Part shown: in pieces, positions 21,287 through 34,400 of the stretch
How positions within the stretch are numbered: position 1 is the stretch's first letter
Layout: each line of letters opens with the position of its first letter
Assembly: GCA_000091205.1 (NCBI GenBank)
Contig: AP006492.2
Length of the DNA: 64,000 nt
Reading direction: 5' to 3' (one strand)
Source: Cyanidioschyzon merolae
Taxonomy: Eukaryota
Notes under the pieces: generated by a model
Told to the model about the DNA's origin: nothing
Databases searched by the model: none
What the model saw: only the letters and a program-made list of their open reading frames with translations
Made by a program: the position numbers and the translations under genes

Positions 21287-22570
21287 ATAATCCCTTGGCA
21301 CACGGACTCGAACTCCAAATACCCTCGACAGAAGGTATAGCAGCAGGCTGCCGGGTACGTATATGGGCCAAAGGGCCCGCCATGCGCACCTCTTTGAGTC
21401 GGATTTTCATGCAGACCCCTACGCACCTCAAGAACACTTGGACGAAATTGACGCAGATTGGGCTGAAGCGCCTATTAGACGAACATACGCTCCCCAATCG
21501 TTCCCCAGGAATGTACAAGGCTCCCGCCGCCTCAAGCGAACGGTCCAAACAACAATATGGGAACGTAGACACGGAACCAGTCGCGCCAGTAACGCCGGCT
21601 TGATCCTATACCGGAGCTACAACCTAGCATACACATGCAAGTACTGGTGGGAGGCGCTGGAATTCCCGGGACTTGCTCGAGGTACCCAGTGGCTCGCCAA
21701 AATCCGCGTTGGTGGCTTCTGGCTAGCGGCACCGGCTCTAAGCCGTATAGGGACACTGGAATCGCACTGGGAGTCACACTGTCCCTGCTATCGAGACGAT
21801 AACCCCGAGACGCTGACATATTTAGGCTTACAGTGCCCGCGCTGGAAGCAGGAGCGCAGCGAGCTCCTTGAAGGACAGCAGCAGCTGGGCATCACCATGA
21901 TATCCGAGGGCCGGACACTCACTTTGAGAGCAGCACTGGCAACTGATGGTCCGCTAACAGATCCTCAGCGCTCATTAGTGGCGAACAAACTCACATGCTA
22001 CCTTCCAAGCGGAAGGTCCAGCGGATCGGATGCGCACACGGGCCCAGTGCTCTCTGCGCCTACCTTCTGTATGGGTGTCAAACACAAACCCGCATTGCCA
22101 ACCGACGACAACGCATTCCATGCATGATCACGAAAGAGAGAGGCGGCTCCCACGATATATCCTAACAGTCAAGTTTCTCCAGCGTGTCGAGCAGCGAAGA
22201 CAAGCCTGCATCCGCAGACTGTCCGAGCACACACTGACGACGAGACCCGATTCTACGTCGGGTGAAGCGCACCTTGAGCCGACGCCCTCTGGGGTATAGA
22301 AAAGCCGTTCTGTCTCCATGATGCATCTGTACCAAAGGTAAAGACGCTATTGCGGACAATTAGGACAGGTTCTGGGCACACGATAGGACGTATGAGATGA
22401 CCAGAATATCCGAGATGAAGGATAGGTAATTTGACGTGGAGGTACGGGGGTTGATGGATACCCCACCGCGCACTGTAAAAAAATAACGCAAAAAGTAAGA
22501 AAAGAAAAATGCGCACAATCGGAGAACGCTGGCCCAAGTAAACGCGTTGTCCGTGAAAAAGGACTCATCG
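21287..22570 (+). mobile_element. Non-LTR retrotransposon (LINE) 3' fragment: C-terminal RT/zf-RVT region plus 3' UTR
   Basis: About 93% aa identity to the 3' part of the longer minus-strand LINE at 31400-35100 (ORF 21363..22127 versus 31844..32614). Starts abruptly at the copy-B left end. Its 3' UTR extends further than in the inverted copy; the exact 3' end (before 22700) was not resolved. Confidence 0.6.
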
Positions 22571-22755
22571 ATGCCGGCAGGCGTGCAGGCAATCAGGCAG
22601 GCGGCAATCTCAGCCACAGAATGCGACGGCGCGAGCGCACGTCCTTCCCGGGGCAATAAGCGGCGCCTTTCGTCCTATACGAGCGTGCTGCTGTAATTTC
22701 TGCTTTGAACCATTTTACAAGCGAGCAAGTACGAGGACACTGTTTCACGGAAACA

Positions 22756-24189
22756 ATGATAGCGTTCGTTATTAATTCTGCAACGAAGGCCGCAGTTAGC
22801 CCATTAAAAGGACAAATTTGCCGTGGTCTTCCGAAAAACCCGAGCTTTGCGGCGTCTACCTGGCTAGGGCAGGCTGCGCTCTCGACGCGGCCGCGAAGTT
22901 CGCAAGGGCGTGGGCGCTCCGGTGTTCGCGAAAGCGCAGCTACGCGCGCACGCGCTCCTGTTTGTGTTCAAACAAGTGACGTTGCTATGCGGGTCCGTTC
23001 TATTCGTGATTTGCAGGACGCTGAAATCCGCGGAAAAAGAGTGTTTGTTCGTTCTGATTTGAACGTGCCCCTTGATGGAAAGCGAATCACAGACGACACG
23101 CGGATTCGGGCGTCCGTCCCGACGATCAAGTACCTCGCAGACAAAGGAGCAAAGGTGATCGTCGTTTCGCACCTCGGGCGACCCAAGGGCGGCTTTGAGG
23201 ACAAATATTCCTTGGCGCCAGTGGCGGAACGTCTCTCGGAACTCTTGGGAAAGAAGGTTCGCATGGCAAAGGATTGTATCGGGGACGCAGTGGCGACCGA
23301 AGTAGCGGCTATGTCCCCTGGAGATGTTGTTCTTCTGGAGAACGTCCGTTTTTACCCTGAGGAAGAAAAGAACGACCCCGATTTTGCGCGCAAGCTAGCG
23401 GCGAATGCGGACCTCTACGTGAATGATGCGTTCGGAACGGCGCACCGGGCGCACGCGTCCACAGAGGGCGTTACCGCTTTTCTCAAACCCGCAGTGGCGG
23501 GATTCCTCCTCGAAAAAGAGCTGGATTATTTGTCGAACGCAATTGAGAGCCCGAAGCGTCCATTTGCCGCTATCGTTGGAGGCTCCAAGGTCAGCACGAA
23601 AATCGCTGTTTTGGAGAAACTTCTTCAAAAATGCGATACAATCATCATCGGAGGAGGCATGGTATTTACGTTTCTCCGCGCGCGCGGTCTGAAGACTGGT
23701 AGCTCGCTTGTTGAGGAAGACAAAATTGAGTTGGCACGAGTCATCGAGGAAGAAGCGCGCAAGCGGGGAATCGAGCTCCTCCTACCCCTCGATGTTGTCG
23801 TCGCCGATAAGTTCGCCAATGATGCGAATACAAAGGTCGTACCAGTGGAGGAGATTCCGGACGGATGGATGGGTCTTGATAACGGGCCAGAGACGACAAG
23901 AATGATCCAGGAGAAGCTTCGCACGATGAAGACTGTTCTTTGGAACGGGCCCCTGGGCGTTTTCGAGATGCCGAACTTTGCCAAGGGCACCTTTGCCATT
24001 GCGGAGACTCTCGCGGAGATCACTCAGAACGGCTGCATCACGATTGTGGGAGGTGGCGATTCTGTTGCCGCTATGGAGCAATCAGGTAAGGCGGACAAGG
24101 TATCGCATATCTCAACCGGTGGTGGCGCTGCGTTGGAGTTAATCGAGGGGCGGGTATTGCCAGGTGTAGCGGCGCTCCAGAGGGCGTGA
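22756..24189 (+). CDS. PGK: Phosphoglycerate kinase, plastid/cyanobacterial type, with N-terminal targeting-like presequence
   Basis: Full-length PGK. '[35 protein letters not shown]' and '[39 protein letters not shown]' follow the short-loop chloroplast/cyanobacterial form ('[37 protein letters not shown]'), not the longer cytosolic insert. About 78 aa Ser/Ala/Arg-rich presequence from the ATG at 22756. TGA stop at 24187. Confidence 0.9.
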   Translation: MIAFVINSATKAAVSPLKGQICRGLPKNPSFAASTWLGQAALSTRPRSSQGRGRSGVRESAATRARAPVCVQTSDVAMRVRSIRDLQDAEIRGKRVFVRSDLNVPLDGKRITDDTRIRASVPTIKYLADKGAKVIVVSHLGRPKGGFEDKYSLAPVAERLSELLGKKVRMAKDCIGDAVATEVAAMSPGDVVLLENVRFYPEEEKNDPDFARKLAANADLYVNDAFGTAHRAHASTEGVTAFLKPAVAGFLLEKELDYLSNAIESPKRPFAAIVGGSKVSTKIAVLEKLLQKCDTIIIGGGMVFTFLRARGLKTGSSLVEEDKIELARVIEEEARKRGIELLLPLDVVVADKFANDANTKVVPVEEIPDGWMGLDNGPETTRMIQEKLRTMKTVLWNGPLGVFEMPNFAKGTFAIAETLAEITQNGCITIVGGGDSVAAMEQSGKADKVSHISTGGGAALELIEGRVLPGVAALQRA

Positions 24190-27100
24190 TTGGTCTTTGT
24201 TTGGGACGATCTCGCTCGATGCGGGGAATCATGTCGAGTCACGAGAGTTTCCAGCAGAGCACGTCTGGTTGCACCGGAATCTCAGGATTGTCTCGAGCAC
24301 AGCGACAGGATTTTCTGCATCATTTGGATGTTGGTTCGTTTGGCGCATAAACGACTTGATGAGCAAATGCACCGTCACACCAGTATCCAAGTTAGTGTCT
24401 GACCAATCAGCAGGGACAGGAGCAAACGGGCGCGTCGTTCGTCAACCGCGTGCATCACCGGCTCTCCTCAACCGAAAACATGCATAAGCCGCAAATGCAC
24501 TATAGAATGTCTTACTGCACATTGGAATACCGTGGTTGTTCCCAAATTGCCCAGCGGAATCGTACACTTTGTCCATAAACGGTGCTCTGGCCTCGCTGGA
24601 TTGCTGAAACGTACCATATCAGTGTCTTGCGCTTGGTTGTAATCCCGTACCCTCCTTCATAATCGCTGATTTCTTTCATCGAAAGTCTTCAGAATTTGCC
24701 CACAATGCCCTCATGGAATACGAAACGATTTTCCCGAAACATCGCTCAATAGAAAGTTCTTGGACGCTCCACGAGCACAAAACGCTTCCGCATGTTAATC
24801 GCGGCGTTGAACTCAAGGAACACGAAGTGCTCGTGCGCACCGTTGCGGGTGGAATCTCATCATGGTACACTCTACGTTTTCGATTGTCTCACCATTTGAC
24901 GATAGCTCAGCATACTGCACACCATCCGATACATCCGGTTCTGTGCCACGCTGTTTTCATCGAACACTTTCAGCGCACAAGTGTGCTATTGATGTGTTTT
25001 TGCCATCCTGACATATCGATGGGATTCGTATCGAATCGATTCCAGCACTTTTTCTCGTTAGCGTCGAGGAGGCAGGGTTGCTGCATTTGGGCACCGCAGC
25101 TCGTTCGGCGTCCTAGACTAGCACGAAACGACGCTACTTTCCAACCCAATGAACAAGTAAGAAAGTGCGCGTTACATTCTGCCACATAACCTGGTTCATC
25201 TCCGACTCCAGCGCTCACTCATTTCCTCCCGCAAAAAGCCTTCGCTTGAACCATTTGGATGCTCGTGTTCTTTCTGATTGAGGCGTACAAAGCACAACGT
25301 CCTGCTCGATGTGGTACTCATTGCATCGAGCTGGGTCCCGAAGCTGCCACCTCACGTGTTCGTATGGCGCCTGGTATCCATCATATTCGACTGTCGAAGA
25401 CGTCGAGCCGTGGGAAAGTAAGGATGTATTGAAAGCCTGTCTCGAGCATCATTTCCGTTGTCTCAAGAAAAACTGGATCGGAACTGTTCCGGAGAATTGT
25501 GGACAGCTGGCAGCCGTGTGTCCGAAACGCCTACGAGCATTTGCTTGTTGAGGGACGTTACAGCGAAATATGCTTGGGGGGCATCCCTCGAGTAAGAGGG
25601 AACGCGATCCCTGCCAGTGCCCCGCTTCTCATGTTTGAGAGGATTCCCGCGATTGATACGTTTTCAGACGGAGACCTTGCCAAGGATTTCAGACCGATTT
25701 TTCCATTCCAACTCTTTGCGCTCTTTGTGTGTCCTCGCCTCTTTTTGAAACAATTATCCCCATCTTAGGCTGGTGGGTTCTTCCGCTCCTCCGTTACTTG
25801 GTGGAGTATCATGTATGTAGTCGCGATGCTCCATATTCGTTTTCGCGTGATTTAGAGGTACAGGCTCTACGATGCCATTAAAGCTGACGTTTTCTGCCTA
25901 CGTTGCTATTAGTTCTTCGATAAAGTTTGGCTATCTGTTGCGCTGCGAGCTCGCTGATGGACAGAGAGGTGCCCTTCGGTTCGCTCCCGCGCAACAGAAG
26001 AGGAGCAACGCAGCAGTTCACTACTTGTGACATCACAGAACGACTAGTCGAAGGACGAATGTGCGCGCTTCAGCGTCGCAGATGCGAACGATTCTTTTAT
26101 GTATCTGTGTGCGTAAGCATTGCATCGGACAACAAGGAGGACGCCTCTGACTGGAATCAGCCCGGGGCAAATGGATGGCATGATGCGCAGCTCAACACAC
26201 GTTTCAGCTGCATTCTTGTTGAAGGCTTTTGAGCAACAAAGTGCGAATTCGTCTGACAGCAGGACAGAAAATTTTGTGGAAAAGAAGCCGCGAAGACTGC
26301 TTCATTGAAGAATGAGATAACGAATGATTACGATCGGTCAGCGTTTTGCAGACGAACGCACTATAGGATTGCCGCTAGAGCTGGTGTTGTCTGAATGCTC
26401 GCCCACGTTTTCTTTACGAACAGCGGTCTGCTTATCTTTTTGGCATCAATGTACATTTCTACCATTTTTCTTGAATACAAACGTATCCTTTGCGATGCAC
26501 ACATGGCCCTGATGTGATGAAGATTCGCGTTTTGTTAAAAACGCGATAGTATGTTGTCCAACGCGCGACGGTCCCGCATAGAGGCTTTGGTTTTCCTTAG
26601 TTCTTCCGCGTCGCTTTACTGCCGGTCCCATCATCGATACGGAAACATCAAATTCCGGAGATTTTTGGTATATTTTTCATTGAATTCGCATGGAGCGGAA
26701 CATATTGACGAAGAGGAAGTGGTGCAGATAGTGTTTTATGAATTATGTTTTGGTTGAATGCGGTTCGGGATATTGACCACGAGAAGGCCTGTCCATCCAG
26801 ATGCTGACTACATAGTAACTGACTCGCTCTTGTAAGGTCGTTTGTTGGCGGGCTAGTTGTGACTACATTGGGTCTTTCTGCATCCTCTATCGCGTTTATG
26901 ATACACATTCCTTCTGTTCAATTTCTGCGACAGAAACAAACGAAAACAAAAAAGCCTCACAGACTTGGATATTCCAGAAATCAGTGCTCCGAGCATCGGG
27001 CATCGACGAACAGAGGCATTGCGGCGTGCATCAGTCGTGGTTACTGCACACAAGCCCTCAGGTTCCAGTTGGATTATTTTGTCTGATGCGCAGAAGCAGC

Positions 27101-27371
27101 TGGTTTCAGCTGTATCCTGGAAACAAGTACTTCTGTCGTAGAAGACTTCCACAGAAAGAAGGAGCGAGAAGTGCTAGCCGCCTGGATCCGTCAGTGCTCC
27201 AAACAGTGTCGCCCATCACGTCGTGCGTTGTCCACAAAAACTCCGCCCATTCCTCGTTTACGAAGCCATTGGGCGCTTCCCGCAAAACGAAGGGATTTTT
27301 CTCAATGCCGCGACCAATGAAAAAGCGTTTTTCAATTGGGTAGCTTTTTACAAGAGTTACGGAGATCTCGT

Positions 27372-28820
27372 TCAACAATCCGACCTCGGATTCTGCGCTT
27401 CTCTGACAGGCAGTTGTAAACGAGCGCTACTCCACTCGTACCGCAAAACCTGGTCGTATGTTTGGTGAAGAGCGGCCTCGCGTATCCATCGGTAGGTTTC
27501 AGCACAACCTGTGCCGCAGGCCAGATCCAAAAGCTGTTTAACCTGCTCCACACTGTACGCCCGACAATCAAGCCCCTTAGTGCTGCCGTCATCCAGAGCC
27601 ATATTTCGATAATCCACCCAAAGTAGCTGCACACCGTGCTCCAAACTGGAGCCAGCGTGCGGATCTCGAAAATCAACGATCCGCTGTGGAACGGGTTGGA
27701 ATGACTCGCCAGCAAGCACTGCGACTGTGACCTCCGGTACGACAGCTCCAAAGGCTGCCTGCCAAATGCGGGCCTGCTGCAGCTCCCAGTTGGAGGGATC
27801 CGCCGCCGCGACAAAGCGTCGGGCTCCGGAGCCTAGCTCCTCGGTCGGGAGTGCAACTGCGCTGCACGCGACAATAAGATCACGAAGCGGTACAGCGGCA
27901 TGTAGCAGCGCTAGGCTCACAGCGTTCACGGCAACGGCAAATTCGCTGCCATCGCTCTGGAGTACTTGGACGAATATGTCGACCTGAGCATGCGATGGCA
28001 TGTACCGAGAGGACCCTGCGCTATTGGCATCGCTTCCTACCAGTATAGCGGGTTCGAACACCTCGCGAATATGCTCTGCTGCTTCGCGGGACTTTTGGCG
28101 GAATTTGCTGCTCGCGACAATGCCTGGCAACCGGAAAGACCGCTCCGTCTGCGCTTCGTGTGGAGCCGCCTCTGTGCGACCTATTCGGAGAGCTCCATTC
28201 TTTTCATCGTGACTATCCATTGTACTGGTTCGCATGATGGCTGTGCCCGCATACCTGTTCTGTTGTCGACGCCTGTAGGCACGCAGGGTTCGCACCGAGC
28301 TCGCTGCCCCAGCGAAGGACGCTGTGCTGTACTCGCAGTGCACCCGGCCGTGTGCTGTTGCTGGTGGTAGCAGCTTGAGAGCAGTTGCGGGCGATTCGTT
28401 GCCTGGAGCGTTACTGATAGCTGAATCAGAGTGATCCGACTCCACCGTGTCAATGTTGAGAGCCGTCTCCATATCGGAGTCGATGCTGGAGTCGTCCGAT
28501 TCGGCGAAAACTGCACCTGCAACCGCTTGGGCTGGCCTAGCGGCGTGTGTCTCCGGGACGACTGGCGCTTGATACTCGGAAACCGCAGTGCGAAGTGCGT
28601 CATTGATCAGTGCTCGGGTGCTTGGTATACTCAAAGCTCCTTTTTTTGTTTCATAGGGGCCGTAGACAGCTACAAGCACCCGGGTTTGTCCTTGTTCTAC
28701 GAGAACACTCCCGTCGGCGCCCGGAACCACCCCAAGCTGTGCAGAAATGCTCCTTACTTCATCTGGTTTCCGTCCGTCAACACGCAGTCCATCAAGACTC
28801 AGTAGATCTTGGGGTTTCAT
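27372..28820 (-). CDS. Exosome RNase PH-like subunit (Rrp41/Rrp46 family) with a large low-complexity insertion
   Basis: ATG at 28820. N-terminal 'LRVDGRKPDEVRSISAQLGVVPGADGSVLVEQGQTRVLVAVYGPYE' and later 'HAQVDIFVQVLQSDGSEFAVAVNAVSLALLHAAVPLRDLIVACSAV' are the two RNase PH domain halves, separated by a ~190-aa Ser/Ala-rich insert. Confidence 0.6.
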   Translation of the reverse strand: MKPQDLLSLDGLRVDGRKPDEVRSISAQLGVVPGADGSVLVEQGQTRVLVAVYGPYETKKGALSIPSTRALINDALRTAVSEYQAPVVPETHAARPAQAVAGAVFAESDDSSIDSDMETALNIDTVESDHSDSAISNAPGNESPATALKLLPPATAHGRVHCEYSTASFAGAASSVRTLRAYRRRQQNRYAGTAIMRTSTMDSHDEKNGALRIGRTEAAPHEAQTERSFRLPGIVASSKFRQKSREAAEHIREVFEPAILVGSDANSAGSSRYMPSHAQVDIFVQVLQSDGSEFAVAVNAVSLALLHAAVPLRDLIVACSAVALPTEELGSGARRFVAAADPSNWELQQARIWQAAFGAVVPEVTVAVLAGESFQPVPQRIVDFRDPHAGSSLEHGVQLLWVDYRNMALDDGSTKGLDCRAYSVEQVKQLLDLACGTGCAETYRWIREAALHQTYDQVLRYEWSSARLQLPVREAQNPRSDC

Positions 28821-28849
28821 AGCGTCTTACGCAGAGCTCGAAACGCTCC

Positions 28850-31400
28850 TCCGCGGCACCCCACGCAACGCGCCAACAACGCCGTTCTGAACTCGAACGA
28901 CGTCGAACGTGTACTGTATTGGCGACCAGTGCTCTAGACAAGAAGTCTCCAACTGATGTGCAGAGACCTCTCAGTTTTCTTGGACCGGCCACCTACTACG
29001 GCTTCCAACCTTTTCTCATATAATTCCACTTTGAGCGGTTGTCCCTTAAAATTCTCTCTTGTCAGCTGTGGAGGTTTTTTCTCCATCACCGCGCATCTCC
29101 TGATATTGATGGCGGTGTTAAAATCTCGGTTCACAAACTCCATACGTTTCTCGCCATTGTTGGTACTCACCAATGCAAGCAATCCTCGAACTTTCGCCAT
29201 CCTTTCCATCTGCTCCTCCGTCAGCGGTCCGTATTTTTTTATCCTCAGGGCTCCTCATGCACATTCCTACCTCCACTCTCTGAAGTAGACACCCCAGCTC
29301 ATGGTGTGTATACGACGTTCGAAACTCACCTACAGGTATTGTTACAAAGCGCCTTGCGCACTCCTTATACGCACTCGTCGTTGGAGCTGGCGTAGTTCCT
29401 TTTTGGGTCTTCCAGCGCCCTGCTCCGTATGCTACTACGAGCCTCTGACTTTTTTTATCCTCCTTCAAGGCGCTCATCTGATTGAAAACGTTCGCAAATG
29501 CCCGCTGCCTCTCTCCGTATAGACTCATACGCAGACGAGCCCACCGGGGCATGGTATACTCCTTCCACAGTGCGTCCCAATGGGCAACGCGAACTTCCAT
29601 GAATTTCCGAAAAGCAGTAAAGTCCGCTCCTCAGCTCGTGATCTCCCTCATAGCTTCGAGGTGATCCTTCATTCCTGCATTCCACCTCTCATTTGTCTTC
29701 CTTGCATTCATTATATCCGATTCTAGACAGTATCTCGCTCTCGAGAACCTCAAAAGACGCATGTCTTTCTGAGGTAAGTTGCCGTCAGTACCATCATCCG
29801 CACGCTTGGGAGCAGCGATGGTTATGATATTCGTATTCCCAGGGACCGCGCCGACGACAAAGTCGTTATCTTGCACTTTCGGGGTCACAGGACCCGCCTC
29901 CTTCTTTTCTGCATTCTTCGCCGCGCCAACGAAAGTCGTTATCCTGCACCTCCTGTGCCGCAGGATCCGCCTCCTTCTCACATTCATGGTTCGTCACGGG
30001 CGCAGCCGAGGGCGGGACTGGACGATCTCTCTTCAACCGCCGATAGTGTATACACAAGGCTACTCCATCGGTATCGATCATCCCAGTGAGTACCTTTTGT
30101 TTGCTCACCCTCAGACGTTTGAAATCGAAGATATTCTTCCAGAACGTCTCCCGGTTTTCACCGTAGAATTCCTCCCTGCTAACATCGAACTCCGGACTGA
30201 TCTCCTTCATGATGCCATGAAGGACTGCGGAGTCGATACTCACAAAATGTGACTTGATGGTGCACATCGGAACGATGTAGAAGCGCTTACCCATCAGGAA
30301 AGCCTTCCGTCTGTCCCAGTCTTCAGTTTTCCCCACTCAGCTTCATTTCTGCCTTGCGTTCGAGTTCTCGGTCCAGAAACACGAAATAACATAGGATGAG
30401 GCGATAGTATCTTCCCTTATCTTTTTCAACGCTGATATCTTGTCTGTTGGATTCGGCAGCCCCATGACTGCACGGTGCTCTTGTATATCCGCACGGATGA
30501 CGGAGACCTTATTCGTGCTCTGGTTTGACGCCTTCTTGTCGACAAATTCGACGTCATCTTCACGCTTGCGATCGTTCGTGATGCCATTGATAATCGCTGA
30601 TATTCCTTTGGGACAGATGCCCGGGTAGAGTGCAAACAAGGCGCGTATCATGTAACGTTCGAGGTTCACTGTCAAATTGTTCTTCAGGTTCGCGGTATAC
30701 TTTATCGCCCCGTATATGTAAATACCCCGGTCACCGCTTTATCGATTACTCTCGAGGCGGAATTCCGCCAAGTTTTCGTGGAGGGCATGCACTGGCTCAT
30801 TTTCCCCCGCGCTTACTCTGTACCAAGCATCAGCTGACGAATAAACGTCGCATCGAAAACGCCGTCCGGGAACCTCGACCGTTTCCATGTGCGTCACTTC
30901 GCGATACATCTCCCTCGCCAAATGCATCAGTCCTGACGAGGCCTTGACAATACTCTTGGAGTACGAGTCGATACGTTTTTCGATAGCGTTTCGCTAGTGT
31001 TCCCTGTAAGGATCCTTGATATGTTTAAGAAGAAAGGTTTTCACCAGCATCTCGTTGTACGGTTGTAGTTCTTGCGGCCATCGACTTGGAATATCCCCTT
31101 TTTGCGTTTTCTTCTTATGCTGTTCTTCTGAACTCGGTACTGTTTTTTTTCTTTTCTGGCAGCCAGCGACACTGGGGCGTCAGGATCGCCGACTTGCTTT
31201 TTCATAACTTCCTTTTTAAGTTTTTATAAATCAGCCCTCCGTGAACGCTTCTGTTATATACTGAGAAAAACAATCGAATATTTTCACTTGAGGGTTGAAA
31301 CACAATCGAACTGAAAACTATACATGCCTATGAAGTTAACAAAAATACAACTTTGACATTAGAGCTACATGCTAGATATCAAGATCACGTTTCCCTTTAA
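28850..31400 (-). mobile_element. Fanzor/TnpB-like element, copy C
   Basis: Near-identical to copy B over about 29067-31217. Its left end is about 55 nt shorter than in A and B and abuts the 3' UTR of the minus-strand LINE at about 31400. The right end lies about 30 bp upstream of the exosome-subunit ATG. Confidence 0.6.
28934..31048 (-). pseudogene. Fanzor1/TnpB-like nuclease ORF, copy C (frame breaks; RuvC-I Asp replaced)
   Basis: Same fragment set as copy B. RuvC-I reads '[15 protein letters not shown]' (Asp to Val). RuvC-III 'NRDFNTAINI' is retained. C-terminal extension '...RSKKTERSLHISWRLLV*'. Confidence 0.6.
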
Positions 31401-34400
31401 CGGCGGCATGTTTTTCATTAACAACGCGTTTACTTGGGCCAGCGTTCTCCGATTGTGCGCATTTTTCTTTTCTTACTTTTTGCGTTATTTTTTTACAGTG
31501 CGCGGTGGGGTATCCATCAACCCCCGTACCTCCACGTCACATTACCTATACTTCATCTCGGATATTCTGGTCATCTCATACGTCCTATCGTGTGCCCAGA
31601 ACCTGTCCTAATTGTCCGCAATAGCGTCTTTACCTTTGGTACAGATGCATCATGGAGACAGAACGGCTTTTCTATACCACAAAGGGCGTCGGCTCAAGGT
31701 GCGCTTCACCCGACGTAGAATCGGGTCTCGTTGTCAGTGTGTGCTCGGACAGTCTGCGGATGCAGGCTTGTCTTCGCTGCTCGACACGCTGGAGAAACTT
31801 GACTGTTAGGATATATCGTGGGAGCCGCCTCTCTCTTTCGAGATCATGCATGGAATGCGTTGTCGTCGGTTGGCAATGCGGGTTTGTGTTTGACACCCAT
31901 ACAGAAGGTAGGCGCAGAGAGCACTGGGCCCGTGTGCGCATCCGATCCGCTGGACCTTCCGCCTAGAAGGTAGCACGTGAGTTTGTTCGCCACTAATGAG
32001 CGCTGAGGCTCCGTTAGCGGACCATCAGTTGCCAGTGCTGCTCTCAAAGTGAGTGTCCGGCCCTCGGCTATCACGGTGATGCTCAGCTGCTGCTGTCCTG
32101 CAAGGAGCTCGCTGCGCTCCTGCTTCGAGCGCGGGCACTGTAAGCCTAAATATGTCAGCGTCTCCGGGTTATCGTTTCCGCAGCAGGAACAGTGTGACTC
32201 CCAGTGCGATTCCAGTGTCCCTATACGGCTTAGAGCCCGTGCTGGTAGCCAGAAGCCACCAACGCGGATTTTCGCGAGCCACTGGGTACCTCGAGCAAGC
32301 CCCGGAAATTCCAGCACCTCCCACCAGTACTTGCATGTGTATGCTAGGTTGTAGTTCCGGTATAGAGTCAAGCCGGCGTTACTGGCGCGACTGGTTCCGT
32401 GTCTACGTTCCCATATTGTTGTTTGGACCGTTCGCTTGAGGCGGCGGGAGCCTTGTACATTCCTGGGGATCGATTGGGGAGCGTGTTGTCTCCTAAGAGG
32501 CGCTTCAGCCCAATCTGCGTCGATTTCATCCAAGTGTTCTTGCGGTGCGTTCGGGTCTGCATGAAAATCCGACTCAAAGAGGTGCGCGTGGCGGGCCCTT
32601 TGGCCCGTATACATGCCCGGCAGCCTGCTGCTATCGCTTCTATTGAGAGTATTTGGAGTTCAAGTCCGAGTGCCAGCGCGGTGGTTGCCCTGCTCTGCAT
32701 TGAGCATCCAACAACAACGAGTCTCATTGCCCCGTTGGCGGCTGTCTGCGGACGCGAGGCATTTGTGTGCTTCATGCCGCACCACTCAGCACCCCAGGTC
32801 GCAGGCTGGGTGATACACATCCTTAGTGCCCTCGTACGAATTGCTATGCGGATAGAGGGGTCGGATGGGAATGAGCGTGCGATCGCTGTACCTCTATGCA
32901 TCTTGGCGATCATCTCGTCGACGTGTGCCTTTTCGTCGAGCGTCGGCGTGAGACCGACCCCCAGGTAGCGATATTTTTCCACGATCGGGATTTCCGGATT
33001 CTGCAACCGCCACGAGCGATTGCGAATGCTCTGCGAGTCTCCATGGATGACCATGACGCCGCACTTCGATGCTCCTATGCTCATCTCCCAGCGATCGGCC
33101 CAGTCGCTGACTTGTTGCATGCTAGCCGCAAGCGTTTCAGGGGCGGGTGCCAACAGCACGACATCGTCCGCAACTAGACGGCCTGCGAGGCGGTTCCTAT
33201 GTGAGGGCTCCTCATCGGGCATCTCCACAGTCTATCCACGGCACCTCAAGCCCGTATTGTCTGCAGTTGTTCAGCAGATCGTTGATGAAGATGTTGAAAA
33301 GGAGCGGGGATGCGCGCTCGCCCTGCCGCAGTCCACGGCGGATTCTTCTGGAAGGGGTTCTTGAGCTGTCGCCCAGTCGGATGCGCATCCATGAGTCTGC
33401 ATAGAGCGCACGGAAGAACGCTAAGCACTTTCCGGAGACTCCGGCGCGTTCCATCTTCAGAAATGGAGCCTCGTGCGGGACCGTGTCAAAGGCCTTTTGA
33501 AAGTCAATGAAGCATACGTAAGTTGGTTGTTGGCCGCTAATGGAGCGACGTTGCACCACTTCAGTTAGGGTCAGGACATGGCTCATGCACTCCTCGTGGC
33601 TCCGGAATCCAGCCTGTTCTGGGGCGAAGAACTTGCGTTCCTGGAGGCCTCTCTGGATCCGGTTCGTGGGAATGGCGCAAAGTAGCTTCATGATTGACGG
33701 GATGAGGCGCATAGAGCGGTAGTTGTTCATGTCTGTGTGGGAGTCCTTTTTGAGGATCGGTACGACCTCAGCAGTCCTCCATACATCCGGGATGTACGCC
33801 TCTTCGAACATGCGTTGGATGAGCTCCACAAGGCGTTTGCCTAAGCTTGTGTCAGATTCATCTGGTATTGATGGTGTCCCTGTTGTCCCGTCTTTTGGGG
33901 TCACCAGTTTCATCCACTCCGCAGGGATACCGTCGATGCCAGGTGTTTTGCGGTTGCATGACCTTAAGAGGGTCCGGACAGATTCAGGCCAGAAGATTGG
34001 GTCGTTCCATTCCGGTACCGATTCGAGGCGCGGTAGTTCTGCGGCATACTGGTGCCAATAGATTGGGTCTTGGCAGTGCCCAGTTGCTTCTTCATGCAGC
34101 TCTGTGCCGTGGTCCGTCCAGGCCTCATTCACTGAGGCACGCTCCGTCCTCAGCGCTTCCTCATAAACGATTGGTGTGAGCCCCAGGCACTTTTTTGGTG
34201 GGTCCAGTCTCGGTCGAATGTAGCGCCAGGTCTCATCTTCGTTGGTGCTCTCTAGCATAGATTTCGCCAGGGAGGCGATTTCGCGGTTTCGATCCTCTCG
34301 TTTGTCTTCTCTGGAAAGTTTCTTCTTTCTTTTGATAGCTTCTTCATGTTGCGCCTGTAGCGCCGTTAGGACTGCCTTCGCTTCCTTGTCTCCGGCGTTG

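Noticed and set aside
27106-27814. Minus-strand ORFs 27332..27814 and 27106..27378 as extra genes, or a C-terminal exon of the exosome subunit
   Set aside because: 27332..27814 is an alternative frame overlapping the 3' end of the exosome gene. 27106..27378 has no similarity to RNase PH C-termini, and the exosome ORF already ends with a complete domain.
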